The translations under genes were made by a program, and so were the position numbers. A DNA stretch of 28,767 nucleotides from Elusimicrobiota bacterium (GTDB lineage Bacteria; Elusimicrobiota; Elusimicrobia; UBA1565): the NCBI GenBank assembly GCA_043819795.1, contig JBDREN010000225.1, positions 1-28,767 on the forward strand, read 5' to 3'. This document shows positions 1 to 16,614 of this stretch, piece after piece. The notes under the pieces are model-generated. The model was not told where the DNA came from and did no database searches. It saw only the letters and a list, made by a program, of their open reading frames with translations. Position 1 is the first letter of the stretch, and each line of letters begins with the position of its first letter.

Positions 1-561
1 AACGGCGTCCTTGAAGGCGTCAAGTCCTTTACGGGCGATCCCTCCACGATGAATGCCTATGTCCTGCTCGGCGCGGATTCCTATGCCGCAAGCGCCTATC
101 CGCAGCGGCATTTGGACGGCGCCATCGACGAAGTCGCGATCTATGATAGAGCGCTGACGGCGGAGGAGATCCAGCGCCATTATCGGAATGGCTTGAATGG
201 ATCCGCTTATATGGGTGACGGGGCGCCGGACGCCTGCGACAACTGCCCGTCCGCGCCCAATCCGGAGCAACTGGACGCGGATGGCGACGGGATAGGAGAC
301 GCCTGTGATAGCTGCTCCGATGACCCAGGCAATGATGCGGATGGAGACGGGGTCTGCAGAGCCGCCGACAATTGCCCCGACATCCCGAACCCGGGACAGG
401 AAGATTCCGATGGTGACGGCGTCGGAGACGCGTGCGATCTCGGCGAGGAGCTGCCTCCCGGTTTGGACGAGGCCCCTCGTGGCTGGAGCGAGGGGGGAAA
501 GGGAGGCTGGAAAGACGGCGTCCCGCCCGGCTTCGATCGGGGCAAGAAGAAAGGCTGGTAA
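1..561 (+). CDS. 3' end (5'-truncated by window) of a surface protein: end of LamG domain, TSP3 repeats, C-terminal PPG...GKKxGW tail
   Basis: Frame open from base 1 ([20 protein letters not shown]...). LamG C-terminal motif [22 protein letters not shown]3 motifs (DNCP..PNP.Q.D.DGDG.GDACD), TAA at 559-561. Confidence 0.88.
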   Translation, partial: NGVLEGVKSFTGDPSTMNAYVLLGADSYAASAYPQRHLDGAIDEVAIYDRALTAEEIQRHYRNGLNGSAYMGDGAPDACDNCPSAPNPEQLDADGDGIGDACDSCSDDPGNDADGDGVCRAADNCPDIPNPGQEDSDGDGVGDACDLGEELPPGLDEAPRGWSEGGKGGWKDGVPPGFDRGKKKGW

Positions 562-581
562 AACGAGACTGAGATGAGGAG

Positions 582-601
582 GGGCCCGCGGCCGCGGGCC
601 C
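582..601. terminator. GC-rich perfect palindrome between convergent genes, possible bidirectional terminator/stabilising hairpin
   Basis: GGGCCCGCGGCCGCGGGCCC is a perfect 20-nt palindrome between stops at 561 (+) and 641 (-). No U-tract. Confidence 0.35.
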
Positions 602-640
602 GTGCGTCTCGACGGCCGGAGCCGCTTGTCCGTCCCGCCT

Positions 641-2959
641 TCAGAGGCCCGCGGCCGAATTCCGCGCGAACTCGATGAGGAGGTCGGCTTCCGCTTCGCT
701 GATCTTCTTGCCGCGCTGGGCCTCGACTTGGTTGATGAAGGCCTTCAGGATGTTCGCGGCGGCTTTCGTGTTGCCCCGGCCGGCCGCGGCCGCCGCGGCC
801 TGGGTCTTGTCGGTGAGCGAGGATTCCGTACCCCCGTGCAGCTCCAGGGTCTCGACCAGGGCCCCGAGGTCCTCCACGGCGTCCACGCACCCATTCTGGT
901 CCGCGTCGCGGCCGGAAGCGTCCTCATAGGGGCACCCGTCTGTCCCGTTCGGGACCCCGTCGCCGTCCAGGTCGTCATCGCAGGCGTCCCCGATGCCATC
1001 GGCGTCTAGGTCCGCCTGGTTCGGATTGGCCGTCAGCGGGCAGTTGTCGGGCTCGTCGGCCACGCCGTCGTTGTCGTCGTCCGAATCGCAGGCGTCGCCA
1101 AGGCCGTCGCTGTCGAGGTCCTCCTGGCCCGGATTCGCGGCCAGGGGACAGTTGTCCTCCTGGTCGGCGACGCCGTCTCCGTCCGAGTCGGGAGGGGTCC
1201 GCGCGAATTTCTGGATGCGGTGGTTGTACGGATCCGCGACGAAGACATCGCCGGACGCGTCCACGGCTACACCCGCGACCCCGTTGAACTGCCCGTCTCC
1301 CGAGCCCCGGGTCCCCCACCTCGCGAGAAGCGCGCCGTCGGGCGCGAACTTCTGGATGCGCCAGGTGTATACGTCTCCCACGTAGACGTTTCCGGACGAG
1401 TCCACAGCCACGCCCTGGGGATAGTCGAAGCGCCAGCCGGGGTAGTCCCATTTCGCGATGAAGGCGCCGTCGGACGTGAACTTCTGGATGCGGTGGTTGG
1501 ACGAATCTCCCACGTAGACATTTCCGTCCGCGTCCGCCGCTATGCCGGAGGAATATCGGAACTCGCCATCCTCCCGGCCGTAGCTCCCCCACTTCGCGAT
1601 GAACGCGCCGTCGGACGTGAATTTCTGCACGCGGTGGTTGTATGAATCCGCCACGTAGACATTTCCGGATTCATCCGCGGCCAGGAAACGCGGGAAATAG
1701 AACTGACCCTCTTCCGAGCCGCGGGTCCCCCATTTGCCGACGAGCACGCCAGCGGATGTGAATTCCTGGATGCGGTGGTTCTCCGTATCCGCCACGTAGA
1801 CATTCCCGGATGCTCCGACAGCCACGCCTTCAGGCCACCTGAATTGGCCGTCCCCCGAGCCATATATCCCCCATTTCGCGATGAACGCGCCGCCGGAAGT
1901 GTATTTCTGGATGCGGTGGTTATAGGTATCCGCGACGTAGAAATCCCCGGACGCATCCACGGCTACACCTTTGGGATAATCGAACAGGCCCTCACCTGAG
2001 CGCGGGGTCCCCCACTTGGCCAGGAAAGCGCCATCGGAGTCGAATATCTGGAGGCGATGGTTTCCGGTATCCGCCACGTAGACGTTCCCAGTCGCACCCA
2101 CATCTATGCCCCGGGGATGATCGAACTGGCCATCCCCTCGGCCAGGGCTTCCCCACTTTGTGATGAATGCGCCGTCGGACGTGAATTTCTTGACGTATTT
2201 GGCCTCCGACGATACCACGTAGACATTTCCAGATGCATCCGCGCCTATGGCCGAGGGACCGTAGATCTGGTCATCAGCGCTGCCCCAGCGCCCCCACCTT
2301 GCGATGAATGCGCCGTCGGACGTGAATTTCTGCACGCAGGTGTATTCCACGCAGTTGCCCCCATCCAATACGTAGACATTCCCGGATGAATCCAGGGCCA
2401 CGCTACCGGGATGCTTGAGCTCGCCGTCGCCGGTGCCCCAGCTCCCCCATTTAGTGAGGAAGACGCCATCCGAGTCGAATTTCTGGATGCGGTGGTTTTC
2501 CGCATCCGCCACGTAGACATTATTCTGCGCATCTACGGCTATGCCCGCGGCGCCAACGAACTGCCCATCTCCCGAGCCGGAGCTTCCCCATTTCATGATG
2601 AATGCGCCGTCGGAGGTGAATTTCTGGACGGGGTGGTAGTAATACGCTGTCACGTAGACATTTCCGGATGAATCTACGGCTACGCTGTGGGGATGGTCGA
2701 ACTGACCCTCTCCCGAGCCGCCGCTCCCCCATTCCGTGATCAATGCTCCGTCAGGGCCGACTTTCCGGATGCGGTTCTTGGCCCTGTCCACCACGTAGGC
2801 GTTTCCAGACGAATCCACAGCCACGGAACCGGGCGAATCGAAAAGCCCTTGCTCCGGGGGCAGGCTCCACAAGAAGGTGGCGCCTTCCTGGCCCAGCGCG
2901 GTCGACGCGGCCAGGACCAGGATTGCGGGCACGCTAGCAATGATCATCCGTTTGCTCAT
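641..2959 (-). CDS. Secreted NHL-repeat protein (12 blades, probably two 6-bladed propellers) + TSP3 repeats + C-terminal FIMAH-like helical domain
   Basis: Signal peptide MSKRMIIASVPAILVLAASTALG; 12 repeats of P.GVAVD.SGNVYVAD..NHRIQKF...G.FI.KWG; TSP3 motifs; tail [29 protein letters not shown] upstream. Confidence 0.92.
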   Translation of the reverse strand: MSKRMIIASVPAILVLAASTALGQEGATFLWSLPPEQGLFDSPGSVAVDSSGNAYVVDRAKNRIRKVGPDGALITEWGSGGSGEGQFDHPHSVAVDSSGNVYVTAYYYHPVQKFTSDGAFIMKWGSSGSGDGQFVGAAGIAVDAQNNVYVADAENHRIQKFDSDGVFLTKWGSWGTGDGELKHPGSVALDSSGNVYVLDGGNCVEYTCVQKFTSDGAFIARWGRWGSADDQIYGPSAIGADASGNVYVVSSEAKYVKKFTSDGAFITKWGSPGRGDGQFDHPRGIDVGATGNVYVADTGNHRLQIFDSDGAFLAKWGTPRSGEGLFDYPKGVAVDASGDFYVADTYNHRIQKYTSGGAFIAKWGIYGSGDGQFRWPEGVAVGASGNVYVADTENHRIQEFTSAGVLVGKWGTRGSEEGQFYFPRFLAADESGNVYVADSYNHRVQKFTSDGAFIAKWGSYGREDGEFRYSSGIAADADGNVYVGDSSNHRIQKFTSDGAFIAKWDYPGWRFDYPQGVAVDSSGNVYVGDVYTWRIQKFAPDGALLARWGTRGSGDGQFNGVAGVAVDASGDVFVADPYNHRIQKFARTPPDSDGDGVADQEDNCPLAANPGQEDLDSDGLGDACDSDDDNDGVADEPDNCPLTANPNQADLDADGIGDACDDDLDGDGVPNGTDGCPYEDASGRDADQNGCVDAVEDLGALVETLELHGGTESSLTDKTQAAAAAAGRGNTKAAANILKAFINQVEAQRGKKISEAEADLLIEFARNSAAGL

Positions 2960-2983
2960 CTCATTTCTCCTGCGCCGGGCCGG

Positions 2984-4303
2984 TTATCGCGGCAGCGTGT
3001 CCCAGAGCTTCTTGCGGGCGTTGAAGTCCACCTCCGCCTGGCCCACGGCGTACTGGCTCGGATCGGCTCTCGTCGGCATCTCGATAGTGACGATGGCCCC
3101 GCTGGGGAGCAGGTCGTCCTGGGCGCCCTTGGGGAGCCTGGGCAGCTCGAAGTGGAGGGTCCCCTTGTTGGCGCCCACCCAGTGGATCTTCATCTGGGAC
3201 ACGTTCATGGCCGTGTTGGGCTCCGGCCTTCCCTCGCCGGCCGGGGCTACGGCGATGGCGACGGTGTCCGGCGACGCGGAATCCCAGGTCTCGTCGCGGA
3301 CCACCAGCTGATAGTAGTGGATCGCGATGTCGGCGTCGGTGTAGCTCAAGGCCGGGTTCGGCCCGGTCGCTACGATCTCTCTTTCCTCCAATATCCCGTC
3401 TCCGTCCGAGTCCTCGTACCACGTGTGGGTGAGGGGCTCTCCTTCCGGGTCGCTGGAGCCCGTGCCGTCGAGGGCGGCGCCCTCGGTGACGGACACAATC
3501 TGGTCGGGACCGGCGTCCGCGATCGGCCTTTCGTTCCGGGAGGCGCTCTCCGCGATCTCCTCCGGCGTCCGCACCACGGTCGAGATCCGGATCTCGTCGA
3601 TGACGCCTTTGAAGAGATATTCATTATGATTGCCGGCGTAACGCCCGATCGCTATGGGGCTATTCGTCCAAGGCGTATAGCCTACGACCGTTCTCTCAGC
3701 CACCTTGACGCCGTTCACGTACAGGGTGACCTTGCCGTTGTCGTAGTCCTGCACGCCGGCCACATGATGCCACGTTTCGGCGGGCAAAGGGCCGCTTTGC
3801 ACCAGGGTATAATCGCAGGCATAACCATTGCCGTCGGCCACCTGCCACAACGCGTAGATGTCGCTTCCGGTCTTCCTTATCGAGAGATCGTATCCGGCCC
3901 TATTACCGGCGCACGCGCTGGCCGCATGGTGGCCCACGATGTTCTTGTATCCTTCAGGGAGGTCCGCGTCGGCCCTGAACCATGCCTCCACCGTCTTGTT
4001 GTTGGCGTCATAGTCGGCGTTCGGCGGTAGTCGCAGATGATCGTCCACCCCGTCATAGGCGAGGGCGGAGCCCCACATGCCGCTCGTCCAAAGGGGGCCG
4101 TCGATCGTGGAGTGGTTGCCGTCCCGGGCCGCGTCTTCGGTGATTTCCCCGGAGCCTTCATTGAAGTGCCACAGGCCCGCGGTATGCTCATCGGGAGTCA
4201 GCTCCAGGGCCCAAGCCGACGCGGAAAGGCCCGCGGCCGCCGCAAGCAGCCCCGCGAGCGGTAAAACGCGCCGCGCTTTCTCCAAGATATCAACCTTTCT
4301 CAT
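2984..4303 (-). CDS. Secreted LamG (concanavalin-like) + PKD/REJ-like Ig domain protein with unassigned C-terminal domain
   Basis: Signal peptide ending ASAWA; LamG motifs LWHFNEGSG, WHHVAGV, FKGVIDEIRIS; PKD-like PIADAGPDQ...LDGTGSSDPEGEPLTHTW; AGGAGG upstream. Confidence 0.9.
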   Translation of the reverse strand: MRKVDILEKARRVLPLAGLLAAAAGLSASAWALELTPDEHTAGLWHFNEGSGEITEDAARDGNHSTIDGPLWTSGMWGSALAYDGVDDHLRLPPNADYDANNKTVEAWFRADADLPEGYKNIVGHHAASACAGNRAGYDLSIRKTGSDIYALWQVADGNGYACDYTLVQSGPLPAETWHHVAGVQDYDNGKVTLYVNGVKVAERTVVGYTPWTNSPIAIGRYAGNHNEYLFKGVIDEIRISTVVRTPEEIAESASRNERPIADAGPDQIVSVTEGAALDGTGSSDPEGEPLTHTWYEDSDGDGILEEREIVATGPNPALSYTDADIAIHYYQLVVRDETWDSASPDTVAIAVAPAGEGRPEPNTAMNVSQMKIHWVGANKGTLHFELPRLPKGAQDDLLPSGAIVTIEMPTRADPSQYAVGQAEVDFNARKKLWDTLPR

Positions 4304-4366
4304 ATCCCTTTCCTCCTGCAGGTCCTTTGGCCGGCATAAACGTCTCCTCAGGGCCCGGATGCCGGG

Positions 4367-6253
4367 CTACTTTGTCCAGCCCTCCTTCTTCCCTTCGTCG
4401 AAACCGGGCGGAGCGGCGTCTTCCCAGCCTTCCTTCTCGCCCATGCCGGAGCCCGCCGTGGGCTCTTCTCTCCCGGGCGGCAACTCTTGCTCTTCCGGCC
4501 CGGGGATCAGCGTGGCCAGGAATACCTCCGGGCGGACGCCGTCGGTGCCCTGCCAGACCACGTGGAGCCCGTCGATCTGGGGGTATTGGTCATCGAGGGC
4601 GTTGTCGGTCATCTGGACGGTGGTCCCGGTGGCCGAGTCGTAGAGGAATATCTCCCAGTCGTTGCCGTCGTGCGCCTGCCAGACCACGCGGCCCGCGTCG
4701 ATCTGGGGCTCGACGTCGTCGAAGTCGTTGTCGGTGAGCCGGGTCGTGGCTCCGCTGGCGATATCGTGCAGAGAGATTTCCCAGTCGTTGCCGTCATTCA
4801 TCTGCCAGACGATGCGGCCGGCGTCGATCTGCGGCCTGGCGTCCCCGCCCTCGTTGTCGCTGATCTGGGTCGTGACGCCGACGGCGGCGTCGTAGAGGTA
4901 GATTTCGTGGTCGCTGCCGTCGTGCCCTTGCCAGACGACCAGGCCGGCGTCGATCCGTACCTGATCGCCTCTGGGCAGCAGCGTTTTTTCTCCGGTGGCG
5001 ATGTCGTAGTGGTAGATGTTGTAGCCGCCCCAGTTCCACCATTGCCAGACGACTTGGCCGTCGTCGATCTGGGCCCCGTTGTCCATGCTGGCGTTGGTGG
5101 TCAGCCGGGTGGTCTCTCCCGCGGCGGTATCTCTAAGATATATTTCAAGCCCGTCGGATGTCCCGCCCCCCTGCCATACCACGTAGTCCCCGTCTATCTG
5201 GGGCGCCGCGCCTCTCCATGCGATCCGTGTCGTGGAACCCGAGTCGGAGTCGTGGAGGTATATCCCGCACGGGTTGACCCAGTTGCACGATTCCCAGGCG
5301 ATCCTCGAGCCGTCGATCTGAGGGTTGCGGTCGATGTGGGCGTTGTCGGTGATCTTGGCCGTGACGCCGGCGGCGATGTCGTAGAGGAAGATCTCGTGGT
5401 CGCGTTCGTCATGTCCCTGCCAGACGACCCGGCCGGCGTCGATGCGGGGGGGCTCCTCCGGGTAGTCGTTGTCGGTCAGGTTGACGACCGGATAGGGGTA
5501 GACGCCTCCGGTGTCGGGAGGCACGAACTCGCCCCGGTCGGTTATGACCAGGTTCTGAAGATGGGTGAATTCCTCGAATTTGTCGCCCAACCCCCACCAA
5601 GCCAAGCGCGGCTGAGGGTAGCCCCACGCCTTCACGCCGGTGACCGCGCGATGGATCTTCCCGTTGTTTATCCGGATCAGCAGCTCGTCATTGTCGTAAT
5701 CGAAGTAGATGGTGAATTTGTTCCATTTCTCCGGATCGATGACCTCGTCCAGATATCCGTAAGTCACCATCAAGTCCCTGAAAGGATCATCTTCTACATA
5801 TCCCTTCGGCACCAGGAGCCGGCCTTTCTGGTATCCTCCTCCGGGGGTTGTCCTCAATTCGATGCGAGCTAGTCCCGGCGCCCGGGTCCAGTCTGCCAGG
5901 CCCGAACCGATGACGTCCGGGTCGTAGTCGAATCGCATGTGGTATTCGACTTGTAGATCGTCCAGTATCCAGGGAAGCTCGAGCGTGACGTAGGTTCCTT
6001 CGATCCGAAGGCTGTGCCGGCGGCCGTGAGGAGCGTCGGTGTCTATTACGTTTAGCCAAGCGCTTGGAATACCGTAGTCTTCCCGGGGCATCCAATACTC
6101 CCCGGCCGCCGATGAAGGCTTCGTGGTCCCGACCGGGTCGCCATCGAAGTCCTTGTCCAGCATGACCGTCATGCCGGCCTTGGCCGGCATGGACAAAAGA
6201 CTCGCGATCGCCAAGCCGCACCACACGCCCTTCAAGATCCGGGACATCTTCAT
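4367..6253 (-). CDS. Secreted protein: unassigned N-terminal beta domain + 8 TolB-like/Methanosarcina-type beta-propeller repeats + PPG...GKKxGW tail
   Basis: 8 repeats of T.N...D..PQID.G.VVWQ..DG.D.EI.LYD...G; signal peptide ending PAKA; GGAGGAG at 6257-6263 favours ATG 6253 or 6247 over GTG 6265. Confidence 0.88.
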   Translation of the reverse strand: MKMSRILKGVWCGLAIASLLSMPAKAGMTVMLDKDFDGDPVGTTKPSSAAGEYWMPREDYGIPSAWLNVIDTDAPHGRRHSLRIEGTYVTLELPWILDDLQVEYHMRFDYDPDVIGSGLADWTRAPGLARIELRTTPGGGYQKGRLLVPKGYVEDDPFRDLMVTYGYLDEVIDPEKWNKFTIYFDYDNDELLIRINNGKIHRAVTGVKAWGYPQPRLAWWGLGDKFEEFTHLQNLVITDRGEFVPPDTGGVYPYPVVNLTDNDYPEEPPRIDAGRVVWQGHDERDHEIFLYDIAAGVTAKITDNAHIDRNPQIDGSRIAWESCNWVNPCGIYLHDSDSGSTTRIAWRGAAPQIDGDYVVWQGGGTSDGLEIYLRDTAAGETTRLTTNASMDNGAQIDDGQVVWQWWNWGGYNIYHYDIATGEKTLLPRGDQVRIDAGLVVWQGHDGSDHEIYLYDAAVGVTTQISDNEGGDARPQIDAGRIVWQMNDGNDWEISLHDIASGATTRLTDNDFDDVEPQIDAGRVVWQAHDGNDWEIFLYDSATGTTVQMTDNALDDQYPQIDGLHVVWQGTDGVRPEVFLATLIPGPEEQELPPGREEPTAGSGMGEKEGWEDAAPPGFDEGKKEGWTK

Positions 6254-6311
6254 CTTCTCCTCCACGCCGGCGCAATTCTTGAAGGCTTTTCCGCTTTGCG
6301 CCCCCGGTCTT

Positions 6312-6408
6312 AGTATAGGCCCCCCGCGCTGTCATTTCAAGGACAACGGCTGACATTTGTATATAAATAACGTTTGAAAAACCAAAACTTTATTTTAAGT
6401 CAGCGAAA
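6312..6408 (-). promoter_or_regulatory. Sigma70-type promoter plus GCTGAC-box operator cassette, copy 1
   Basis: Minus strand TTGAAA (6335-6340)-N17-TATACT (6312-6317). Plus-strand boxes GCTGTC 6328, GCTGAC 6349, inverted GTCAGC 6399. Homologous to 16414-16511. Confidence 0.75.
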
Positions 6409-6477
6409 CAGGAAGCCCCGGGTGGGTGAGTATCGTTGGAGGGAGCCTGTCGCGGCCTGAAGGCGGCCGCTCGGCGA

Positions 6478-7449
6478 TCAGAACCGCAGGTTCGGCCTGA
6501 GCATGATCTGCGAGCGGACGGCGCGGCGTCTTCGCCCCAGCGAGCCGGAGTACTTGCTCAGGCTGCGCCAGAGGTAGCCGACGCCGAGGCTGAAGGCCCA
6601 TTTCTTGCCGGGGATGGGGAAGTTCTTCTCGACCATCAGATTATGGCCGACGGCGCCGAGACCGTCGTAATCGAAGTCGAAGCGGTATTCGATGGCGCTG
6701 CTCAGCAGGAAGGAGTACCGGGTCTTCTCGTAGTCCACGCGGCTGCGCCGGACGGCGACGTAGTAGACGTCGCGGATCTCGCGGTTGGCGTGGAACTTGC
6801 GCCCCCCCCGGAAGCTCCAGCTCATCTTCCGCCTGTCCGTCTTCTGGTCGCCCTTGATTTTCCCCTCCACCTCGAGCCAGTTGTCCGGGATGAGCAGGTT
6901 GTTCATGAGATGGTAGTTGCCGGCGCTCGCGAGGTAGCCGATGTAGCCCTTGCGGCTGCGGCCGAGGAACTCCTTTCCCCCGGCGAAGTCCACGACGTTG
7001 CCGAGGAACAGGGCCAAAGCGTAGGGCTCCTCGAAGCCGGCGGTCACGGCCTCGACGAGGTTGAGCGTGGGCGTGACCTGGGATTGGTGGTAGAAGTCCT
7101 CGGCGTGCCTGCGGAGGAGCCAGCCCGTGACCGGGAAGGGGTTCACGCTCGCCTCGATCACCATGAAGCGGGGCACAAGCCCCTGGGACAGGAGCTCCCG
7201 ATAGGTATGAGCCTCCGCCTTCCCGGCGTCCACGCGCGCCTCTTCCTTGGAGAAAGGCACGGTGAGGCCGAGGGCGCTGTAGTAGGCGTCGAGCTCGAGG
7301 TCGAGGTCCAGCCGGCCGAGCGCGTGGGCCCGGCCGCCGCTCAGGACGGCGGCGGCCAGAAGGAGCCGCGCGGCCGCCATTCTCCGCCGATGCGGGGCCG
7401 GGCGGGCGCCGGCGGGGTCTTTGGCTTCCGGGGTCATAGCGTCCGCCAT
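6478..7449 (-). CDS. Hypothetical exported protein, possible outer-membrane beta-barrel
   Basis: Long ORF; signal-like MAAARLLLAAAVLSGGRAHA; amphipathic beta-strand pattern in the C-terminal half; terminal Phe (QIMLRPNLRF). Start uncertain (ATG 7380, 7437, 7449 or 7485). Confidence 0.7.
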   Translation of the reverse strand: MADAMTPEAKDPAGARPAPHRRRMAAARLLLAAAVLSGGRAHALGRLDLDLELDAYYSALGLTVPFSKEEARVDAGKAEAHTYRELLSQGLVPRFMVIEASVNPFPVTGWLLRRHAEDFYHQSQVTPTLNLVEAVTAGFEEPYALALFLGNVVDFAGGKEFLGRSRKGYIGYLASAGNYHLMNNLLIPDNWLEVEGKIKGDQKTDRRKMSWSFRGGRKFHANREIRDVYYVAVRRSRVDYEKTRYSFLLSSAIEYRFDFDYDGLGAVGHNLMVEKNFPIPGKKWAFSLGVGYLWRSLSKYSGSLGRRRRAVRSQIMLRPNLRF

Positions 7450-7509
7450 CGGATCAGATCCTGAAGAAGCCGGCGCCGTTGACATTATGCGGGGACTCTT
7501 GTGGGCTGA

Positions 7510-7562
7510 TAAAAATAATCCACCAAATCGCGGGAAACGCGCGAACGTGTATCGCGATTTGG
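7510..7562 (-). terminator. Probable intrinsic terminator downstream of the 7601-8443 gene
   Basis: CCAAATCGCG (7523-7532) pairs with CGCGATTTGG (7553-7562), with an inner stem and a TTCG loop on the minus strand, followed by TGGATTATTTTT. Confidence 0.5.
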
Positions 7563-7600
7563 GGCCCGGAGCGCGGCCGAGTCTTTAGCCGGAGGCGCTT

Positions 7601-8443
7601 CTAGGCGTAGCGCAAGTGGCCGGAGCGGTCGCGCCAGATGACCACGCCGTCGGCGCGGAGCTCGAATTTGTCGACCGAGCCGGCGACCCGCTGTCCGTTC
7701 TTGTACAGGTTCCGGGAGTTGTCCGTCCACGCCACGTCCCCGGTCCTGGAGGCGATCTCGTAGCGGTGGGCCTTGCCCAGCGCGCGCTCGTTCTTGTGGA
7801 GCTGTCCGGAGCTGTCGGTCCAGGCCACGTCGCCGGTGAAGTGGGCCGCTTTGTAGTCCCGCACGCGTCCCAGCTCTTTGTGGTTCTTGTGCAGTCCTCT
7901 GTGGCCGTCCACCCAGACCACGTCGCCCGTGGGCGTGGCGAAGTAGTAGCTCTGGTGGCGGCCGAAGGTCTCCGTGTTGCGGCGCAGGTCCCCGTGGGTC
8001 CCGACCCAGACCACGTCCCCCGTATACTGGGAGATCTCGTAGCGGGAGGCGCGGCCGAGCTCCACGGCGTCTTTGTGCAGGCGGCCGTGGGAGTCCGTCC
8101 AGGCCACCACGCCGGTGCAGGAGGTCAGGTAGGTCCCGGCATGACGGCCCAGCTCCTCGCCGTTCTTGTAAAGGACCCCGTTGCGGATGTAGGCCACGGG
8201 CTCGTTGGCGCAATCGGCGGGCCGGTCGCTCTTAAGGCGGGCCTCGCGGCGGAGCTTGGCGCGCTTGCGCGCCCGTTTTCGCGCGCGGGCCCGAGCCGCG
8301 ACCCCTTTCGAGAGGGTCATGTAGGCCGCGTCGAGATTGCCGAACGTCGAGGAATGCGCCGACTCCAGAATGGTCTGCGCGGAGGCCGCGGAGGCGGCGA
8401 CGGCGATCAATAGGGCGCCGACGAAGGTCTTGGACGGTTTCAT
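7601..8443 (-). CDS. Secreted protein with six ~31-aa tandem repeats (probable small beta-propeller) and a poly-basic linker
   Basis: ATG 8443 with GAGGT upstream; signal peptide MKPSKTFVGALLIAVAASAASA; repeats G.L(Y/H)KN..ELGR...Y.....TGDV(A/V)W.D..; linker ARARARKRARKRAKLRREARLK. Confidence 0.85.
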   Translation of the reverse strand: MKPSKTFVGALLIAVAASAASAQTILESAHSSTFGNLDAAYMTLSKGVAARARARKRARKRAKLRREARLKSDRPADCANEPVAYIRNGVLYKNGEELGRHAGTYLTSCTGVVAWTDSHGRLHKDAVELGRASRYEISQYTGDVVWVGTHGDLRRNTETFGRHQSYYFATPTGDVVWVDGHRGLHKNHKELGRVRDYKAAHFTGDVAWTDSSGQLHKNERALGKAHRYEIASRTGDVAWTDNSRNLYKNGQRVAGSVDKFELRADGVVIWRDRSGHLRYA

Positions 8444-8643
8444 GAGGGCGGATACCTCGTGGTCCGGATTAGCCCTTGGGGCGAGGCCATGGGATATGAT
8501 AACCGAGAACGCACCAAGGAAAGAATCCCCAAAGTGCCCAAGCGGGGCTGGGCCCAAAGTCCCGAAGGGGATGCGGGCGATCAGCGGTTAGGAGGAAAGA
8601 AATGAGAGGCGACCGCCTTGACGCGGCCCGGGAGCGCGCCGCG

Positions 8644-16323
<7,680 letters not shown>

Positions 16324-16413
16324 TTCCCTATACCTCCGTCTGTCCGGTCGTATGCGAACTTGACCTATCCGGGCCTTTGGGTCGGATCTCGCGACGCATG
16401 CGGTGCGGCTTAT

Positions 16414-16511
16414 ATTGTATCGGTCCCGCGCTGACTTTTCAAGGACAACCGGCTGACATGGGACCATTAAAAAGCGCGCAATAAACAACAGATTTATTTA
16501 AAGTCAGCGAA
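16414..16511 (-). promoter_or_regulatory. Sigma70-type promoter plus GCTGAC-box operator cassette, copy 2
   Basis: Minus strand TTGAAA (16437-16442)-N17-TACAAT (16414-16419). GCTGAC at 16430 and 16452, GTCAGC at 16503. Perfect 10-bp inverted repeat CGCTGACTTT (16429-16438) / AAAGTCAGCG (16500-16509). Confidence 0.78.
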
Positions 16512-16540
16512 TCCACCGTGTGCCGGGGGCTCCCTGCGTA

Positions 16541-16571
16541 CAAGAAACGACCCCGCAGGCTGCGGGGTCGT
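16541..16571 (-). terminator. Rho-independent terminator of the Cys-rich repeat gene
   Basis: Perfect 11-bp stem ACGACCCCGCA (16547-16557) / TGCGGGGTCGT (16561-16571), followed on the minus strand by TTCTTG, about 45 nt after the stop at 16615. Confidence 0.75.
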
Positions 16572-16614
16572 CCTCCTCGCGGTCGGGGAGCCGCGGCCTC
16601 AGTCTAGGCGGGCG

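Noticed and set aside
8528..8563. Short direct repeat CCCAAAGT upstream of the 8443 gene
   Set aside because: Only two 8-mers 25 bp apart with no supporting promoter; cannot be distinguished from chance.
16324..16488. 55-codon N-terminal extension of the giant ORF
   Set aside because: It runs through the predicted promoter; ATG 16323 has a Shine-Dalgarno and begins a signal peptide.
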